Made by a program: the position numbers and the translations under genes. DNA of 64,000 nucleotides from Adineta vaga. Its lineage: Eukaryota > Animalia > Rotifera. The stretch spans positions 13,702,001-13,766,000 of the forward strand of contig CP075494.1 in NCBI GenBank assembly GCA_021613535.1, in the 5' to 3' direction. The notes under the pieces were generated by a model. That model made no database searches and was not told the origin of the DNA. It saw nothing but the letters and a program-made list of their open reading frames with translations. Below are positions 57,501-64,000 of the stretch, in pieces (positions within the stretch are counted from its first letter, which is position 1; each line of letters opens with the position of its first letter).

Positions 57501-60500
57501 TGCTGAAGGGCGGGCGAACAGAAACAGGCAAGCGAGTAAGCAAGTAATCTTAACATTTCTACCCAAGAGAGATGTATAATGAATGTGCTGAATGAATCGC
57601 TCCAACTGGCATGTCTTGTTGTCTTAACATATATTTATATGCAGAATCGAGATGGATCGGTATCGATCTACCTCTCTCTTGCCCATCCGGTGACGACCTT
57701 AATGTGATACTCAACACATCTGTTGTGAAATCAGCTGCTATGATTCAAGTATTCATTTATTTATCCATTCATACTTACACAAATTAAATAAATATAAAGA
57801 CAATGAATTGACACTAAATCTTCTAGTAATAATGTAAATTTCCAAGTGTTTTCTGATTGAAAAGAAGAATAGTGTGTCCGCTCATTTTCTTCTTCTTCTT
57901 CTTTCTCTTCTTTCTCTTCTGTCTCGTGGCTTCGTTTAGTATCAACAACGTGGATGAATATTACTATGAGTGTTGATTGTTGTTGTTGTCTTCGTCGTTG
58001 TCGTAAAGCGAGAGAGAAAAGTCATTGGTACTAATGTTTATTCGATGGCGTAGGCAATATATCCTAGAGTAATATTAGAGAAGAACGAGAGAAGAGAAGG
58101 CAAAAATTCAAGAAAATAGACTTCTCGCTACTAATATGCTGTTTCTCGAGAGCAACGCGAGATTTCTTCTATTGCATTGACTTGTGTTCGCTCTCGCATA
58201 CTGTTACAGAAACGATCATCCGTCGGGCGAAAGAGAATCGTCTATACACGCCTAACAAAAGAAAGAACGAGCGTGGAGCAGGTTTTTGTGATGTCTTCCT
58301 TATATCTCTTTCTCTCATTTGCTATCCTTCTCATCGAATTGTCGCTCCTATCCACAACGACAACGGCGACAGATTCTCTGAGTACATGTACATGTGTATA
58401 AATATAAATATAGCTCGCTGTATATATCATCAACTAACTGAATGAAAAATGGTGACTGAAATAGAAAAATAAGAAAATAATTTGACAGAAAAAAAGGAGT
58501 TAGTTAATGCTTATTAATCTTTCTTTCTTCTATCCATTTATTACTTCGTTGTGACATTTATATAATAAGATATCTATATCTATATCTATATATAAGAGAA
58601 ACCTTGGAAAAAAAGGAATTTCTTCATTTTTTTTTCTATATTTTGAAGTTTCAGATTGCTCTCTAGATGATAAATGTATCCGACATCTCGAAAAGATATA
58701 AAGATGTGTAATGAATACATTAAATGAAGCATGTACAAACATGTTTACTAATCGTTTATGATTGCTAACTTTGATAAATACTCGTTTAGAAAATCTAACA
58801 ATATCTCTTGAGAGATGACTGATTTATCAAGACATAGTCCGATTTACGATCGTTTAGACTCTCTTGAAAAGCTATGATGCATATTTAATTGATTCAGTCA
58901 ATCAAGGATGGCAACTCTTGAATACAGCTTGACTATGTCATTTATCATTAGAGAATAGGAACGATTAGAATCAAAGTATAAGGAGAGAAACATCATTTCA
59001 TCGATTAATGAGAAAAAAGAACAGAAGATCAATTCGACCTTGTTGAGCTAAAAGCAACAACGGATAACAGCTTTGTACAGTTACTTGGTGTACATAATTG
59101 TTTACTGTCGAACGGTCGTTCTCGCCTTTTTTTCTTTCCTTGCTTTTTCTTCTCTTACGAAGACAAAGACTCGAGAAAATGTCATCAATAATAATGCATT
59201 ATCTAATTGGCGTGACGATGATCTATCTCCAGACATCATACTTCTGTGTTTGGACTAGAAGAAGAAATGATGCTATCTGGACGAATGAATTTTCTAGTAT
59301 CAACAAAACATGATGATGCTCTTTGTCACATTAGATAGTATATACAGAGAAAGACATAAGCTAAAGAAGAGCATTTGGTATCTTCGCCATCAATTTATCT
59401 CCATACTATAATAAAACACATTCAATGTCGTTCTTCTTCATCGAGAATATCTAGCTTAGTCTTCGATTTGTTAATCGAACATACACACAAAAAAAGAAGT
59501 ATTAATCGATTCGGAACTGATTCCAATCAATTTCAATATAGATCAACTAAATTAGATTATATTCATCTTTGACTATGAAATAATTTCGAAAGAGCAAATT
59601 TTTTTTTCAGTTTATCTATTCTATATATCGAAGAAAACTGATTCAATACTTACACGGATGATGAATGTCGTGATATTCAATTAAAATAGAGAAAAAAAGT
59701 GAGGAAAATGTTGTGAAGCAGGTGAATGTTATGTTCCGTTTTGATTTAGTTTTGAAATTGATGGCGTGTTACTCTTTTTCTTCTGATGAGGATGTTGTAA
59801 CAGCACTGTGGGCACACACAAACGACTGCCCTCCTGTGTCGCTGCTGTGTTTCAATTAATACGCACGCCGACTGTGTATGGCTGAGAGAATGAATCTGAA
59901 GGTGTACCACGTATACATCAAATTAGGTTTCCAGATGTCTCTCTAGGACAGTTGTAAGACAATAAAATAGATCGATAAATCTCTTGGATCTCTATATATT
60001 GTCGTCTAGAATATGTACAGATGCACCGAAAGACAAAAAAAATGACAAAATAATGATCAAGTAAAAAAATTACCAGTTAACTTTTCTTTCTTTCTCTCTC
60101 TCTCTCTCTTTAGTAACTACCAGATGTAGAAGGTCAAAGGGATAATTATCAACCTGTTGTTGTTGTTGTGATGATTCGTCATTGTTTCTAATCATGTATT
60201 TACATATGATAAAATTAAGACGTCATGTATAATCTCCTTCTGTTTGATCACTAATGATCGACATGAATGACATTTTAATGTGATTTTTCTTACGACAAAG
60301 TTTTCCTAGAAAATCGCAGTTTTTCTGAACGTTTTGCCTTTTCGAATCCATCAAAAGTCATTCTACCATTGAAAAGAATTCTTCATTTAACTTACCTTAT
60401 TTTGAAATTTAAGTTTATTAAATAAAGATGATATCGAAGACTTTTCTCTCTTGTCAGACAAATGCCAGACTATCCGTTTGTAATATAGGTCTTGTTTGTA

Positions 60501-62041
60501 TCTTGTCGTTGTCTTATATGAATAACAACAAAGAACAACAAGATGAGAAGAGAAAAAAACCAAAGGCAACATCCAGACATCTTTTTCTCTCTCTCTCTCT
60601 CGCGCGCTCGCGATGATGATGATGATGGTAACAAGAAATGATAATGATCCAATAATCAGATCCGGCTGTCGTTCTTTCCTTTTTCGCCGATGCATTTACA
60701 ATAAAGAACGATTGACAGGTGATTACAAATAACACAGTTACAATCGCTTTTCCAATGACATGTTTTATACGAATACATGTGTTTATATATATGAATAACA
60801 TTTTATTGAAAAACTTTAATTTGAATTTGCAATTGATCGAGAATGTTCACTTTCGAAAATTTCATGCTTAACATATTCAACATAATAGCTTACAAAAAGC
60901 TTACATGAAAAATATCAAAAGTGGAAATATGAAATTTCAATTAGCATATTATCCGGTTAATTCACTTCTGAAATAACATACCTACTAAGTAGTTATGTCA
61001 AAAATAGAATTCATTAGAATATATTTTTCAATTAGTAAATCTAAAAAAGAATGTTTAATAATAAAATGATATTATATGATTGTCTGCTTTTAATAAATAA
61101 TGAGCTCTAAATTGTTTTTCATCAATGTGAATTATAGAACAAAAACATCGAAAATTTGATTGAGTTTTCTTTCGGGATTTGATTTTAATGACCAATCAAA
61201 GATGTTCATTCTTTCGTCTAAGATCGATTATTATTTCTAGATATACTACTGTACTAGAAACAAGATCGATTTAATGATGTTTTTTCTTTTACTCATCTGA
61301 ATATGAATCTAACTGAAAGAAATATTTCTCTTTCCAAGGCAAGTATTATCTCAACGAATAGCATATCTTCTTAAAAACCATATAGAATCTACTTGATAAA
61401 TTAGTTCTATTTTATCATCATTTCGTGATATAATCAATAAGAAAAAAAAAGACATCCGATTGTATTGTTTTTGTTCTCTTTTTTTTTCTTTTTTTTTCTG
61501 AGTGAAGAAAACGAGATTCATTGGGAAAAGACAAACTATTAATTTGTGCATGAATGAATTTAGCCAAGTTAGAAAGAGAGAGAGAGAGAGAAAGATAGAA
61601 GAGATTCTATGCGTAGTTATAAGCACTCAATTAGTCGAGAAGAGATATGACTTTGTTTCATAAGACATTTCTTTTCTTTTTTTAGTTTATTTAGACGGAC
61701 TAGTACGAAATACATTAGAATAACTTCTTTCATATATCTATGTTACATAAACTTCTCTTTGAGTCAATTGAGTTATATTAAATAGGAGAAAGATTTATTT
61801 CAGATCAAGTATAATTGTACTTAGATACTAATCATATTTCCGTAAGAATATCGAGACAAAGACACTTTCTTCTTGTCTTTATTTGTATCGTTCAAATCCT
61901 TTTCCTAAAGATTCGTTGTATTAGTTAACTTGATGAAAGATAGAATTAAATATTCTAACAAGAGAACGAGAAATTGATAGGAAATTGTACGAGAGTAGAA
62001 AGCACGGCTTGATGCTAATGGAATAACGCACTAAATATAGT

Positions 62042-62100
62042 TAGAGAGAGAGAGAGAGAGTGAGAGAGGGAGAGAGGGAGAGAAAAACGAGTATATAAAG
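62042..62100 (+). promoter_or_regulatory. GA-repeat tract and TATA box of the neuropeptide gene
   Basis: (GA)n at 62043-62082, then GTATATAAAG at 62091-62100. A GTAAGT donor at 62131 and a CCTAG acceptor at ~62306 define a 5'-UTR intron. Confidence 0.6.
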
Positions 62101-62320
62101 TGATAGGAATAACCGACATAAAATCAAACTGTAAGTATTTTCACAACTGATTTTTCCTTTGTTGTCACAAACAACTAACTAAGTGACATTCTTTCTTTTT
62201 CATTATTTACAATGCATATACATAATTGTTGAGAAAGGTGATAAGAAAAAACGACTTCCGAGAGAATCCACTTAAAATTGTTTTTGAATGATTTGCCATT
62301 TCCTAGATTATATTTAAAAA

Positions 62321-62788
62321 ATGAAACCTTCATCTATTCTCCTTATCCTTGCCAGTATTCTCATGGTGCTCGTATTTAAACTTGCATATACAGGTATGAA
62401 ATGAATTTAGTTCAAAATTTAATAAATAAATTGACTGATTTAGATGCTGCTGCGCTGATCAATGAAGAATCCATGGTTGATAGTAGTGCAAGTGATGAAG
62501 ATTATTCATCAATACGACGCAAGAAGGATACAAGCGCATTTACAGGACAACAAGTTATTCCATCACCACATCGTCGTCATCATTTGAAATTTGGTGTACT
62601 TGGTAAACGTTATACCTATGGTTATTTGGGTAAACGAAATGACGGTATGTTTTAAAAGTTTTCTTTTTCTTTTCTTTTTCTATAATCAAATCTTTTTAGT
62701 GCCACAAGTCAATACCGATATTGAAGATTGGTTGGATAATATGCGCGAAAGACGTGCTGGCCGTCCACAATACGGAATGTTGGGCTAA
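62321..62788 (+). CDS. Neuropeptide precursor yielding [F/Y]GxL-amide peptides; exons 62321-62393, 62444-62644, 62700-62788
   Basis: Signal peptide MKPSSILLILASILMVLVFKLAYT; RR-HHLKFGVL-GKR, YTYGYL-GKR, RR-AGRPQYGML-G*; both introns are GT-AG and phase 1. Confidence 0.88.
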
Positions 62789-64000
62789 AATGTCTGTATA
62801 CTATCGACACTTTATCATACTATTCAATAAACAATATCCCTTTCATTATTTCATTCTTTTATCATCACTAAACAATAATAATATCATTGCTAGCAATGCT
62901 ATATTCTTTTATTGGATTTAATTGATAAAAGAAGTGATAGAAATTGTCACGCATAAATTTATCTATTTTTTCATTCAAATTCAATACCAAATATAGCATC
63001 TGAAAGGGTTAGTCCAACATAACTTTGATTACTGGAAGCATGAAATAAACATTTCATCGTACTGAGAAGTCAGATGAACTTTAGTTTGAATTTAAGAATG
63101 TCTGCGTTTAGATTATGATCTTTTATGATTGTTGATAAATAATGAGCATTTATGAAAGAAAAATGATGCGTGTTTAGTAATTGACATAACGTCGAGACAA
63201 ATTTTGTTTCATGAGTCTATTCATCTTGCAGACTATCGCTTATTGCGGAGTGGAAAGTTTCTTTTTTTTCATCCGATGATTAAAATTCAGGAAAATGCGA
63301 CTCTCGTTTGTTCATAGACAATCAATGTCTTTTCTAAAAGTACGTTTGGATTCTAGCATAATTGATTGATAGATGATATCGACTGAAAGAAGGAAAAACA
63401 TATTATGACTATATTAAAAATGAATGTGAAGTAATTGAATAGTATAGACGTGCTTTTGATATACTGTTGTTCTACTTACACTCAACTGACAGACAATTAT
63501 GAAAAGAAAACAAAGTAAAGATTCAATTGTATTATATTTCAATTTAGATTGGTAAAGCTTAAGTTTTGTGCATGTCTTTTCTTCTGAAAGATTGGGAACT
63601 TTAATTTCACTAAATGAAACATTCTTTGATATTCTAGTGTTGAATTTAGATGATTTTATTGTGTATAGATAGAAACTAGTGAAGTCGCCAAAATAAATTC
63701 AGTTATAAATGTATCACTATTGACATAGGTTCATGATCAACAAATATGTGTCCCTTTCTTTTACTTCGTAGTATATATAAGTTTTAACCAGACATGTATG
63801 TATATATAAATATGTCAATTATTAAATAAATGTTTGTATATGAAGAGAAACTACTTTACACAGTTTTGTTTGTAAAGTAAGTCGAAAACAGAACAGATAC
63901 AAACAACAACAGTTGTAAAATGAAGAGAGAGAGAGACAGAAAAAAAGAACACCGTTGGGTATCGGCAATGAGGAGAAGAAAAAAACACTGTGTTACAGTT

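Noticed and set aside
57393-61626. Scattered short ORFs in the gene-free interval
   Set aside because: Simple-repeat-driven, with no splice-consistent structure or domain.

Overview
AT-rich (roughly 30% GC), gene-dense eukaryotic DNA with many short (~50-60 nt) GT-AG introns, metazoan ciliary genes and intron-poor genes that look foreign. This pattern fits a bdelloid rotifer, which is an inference, not a certainty. About 15 protein-coding genes can be assembled by eye: an SBK-like kinase, a DUF1857/AtaL-like START-fold gene, a Ser/Lys-rich orphan, PRMT3, an orphan with three CPL..C..H..H repeats, a GT-A-like glycosyltransferase, DCDC1-like, BBS2, a BCR/ABR-like RhoGAP, an evectin/PLEKHB-like PH protein with a Gly-rich tail, an RPRD-type CID protein, an SRDLDS/MRDHP-family protein, C2orf81-like, a ZAD-like/C2H2 zinc finger, PCBP, and a small neuropeptide precursor. 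Non-coding structure includes a Helentron/DINE-type non-autonomous element, a Tc1/mariner-type MITE, a ~200-bp direct duplication bracketing a 2.4-kb accessory patch, and RFX X-boxes ahead of ciliary genes. The most interesting observations are the [F/Y]GxL-amide neuropeptide precursor, a hidden 6-nt micro-exon in DCDC1, a PRMT3 whose zinc finger has lost its ligands and which sits 109 bp behind a novel zinc-finger-repeat gene (a possible operon), and several HGT candidates. Family assignments come from recalled motifs, not database searches. CDS coordinates are whole-gene spans including introns.
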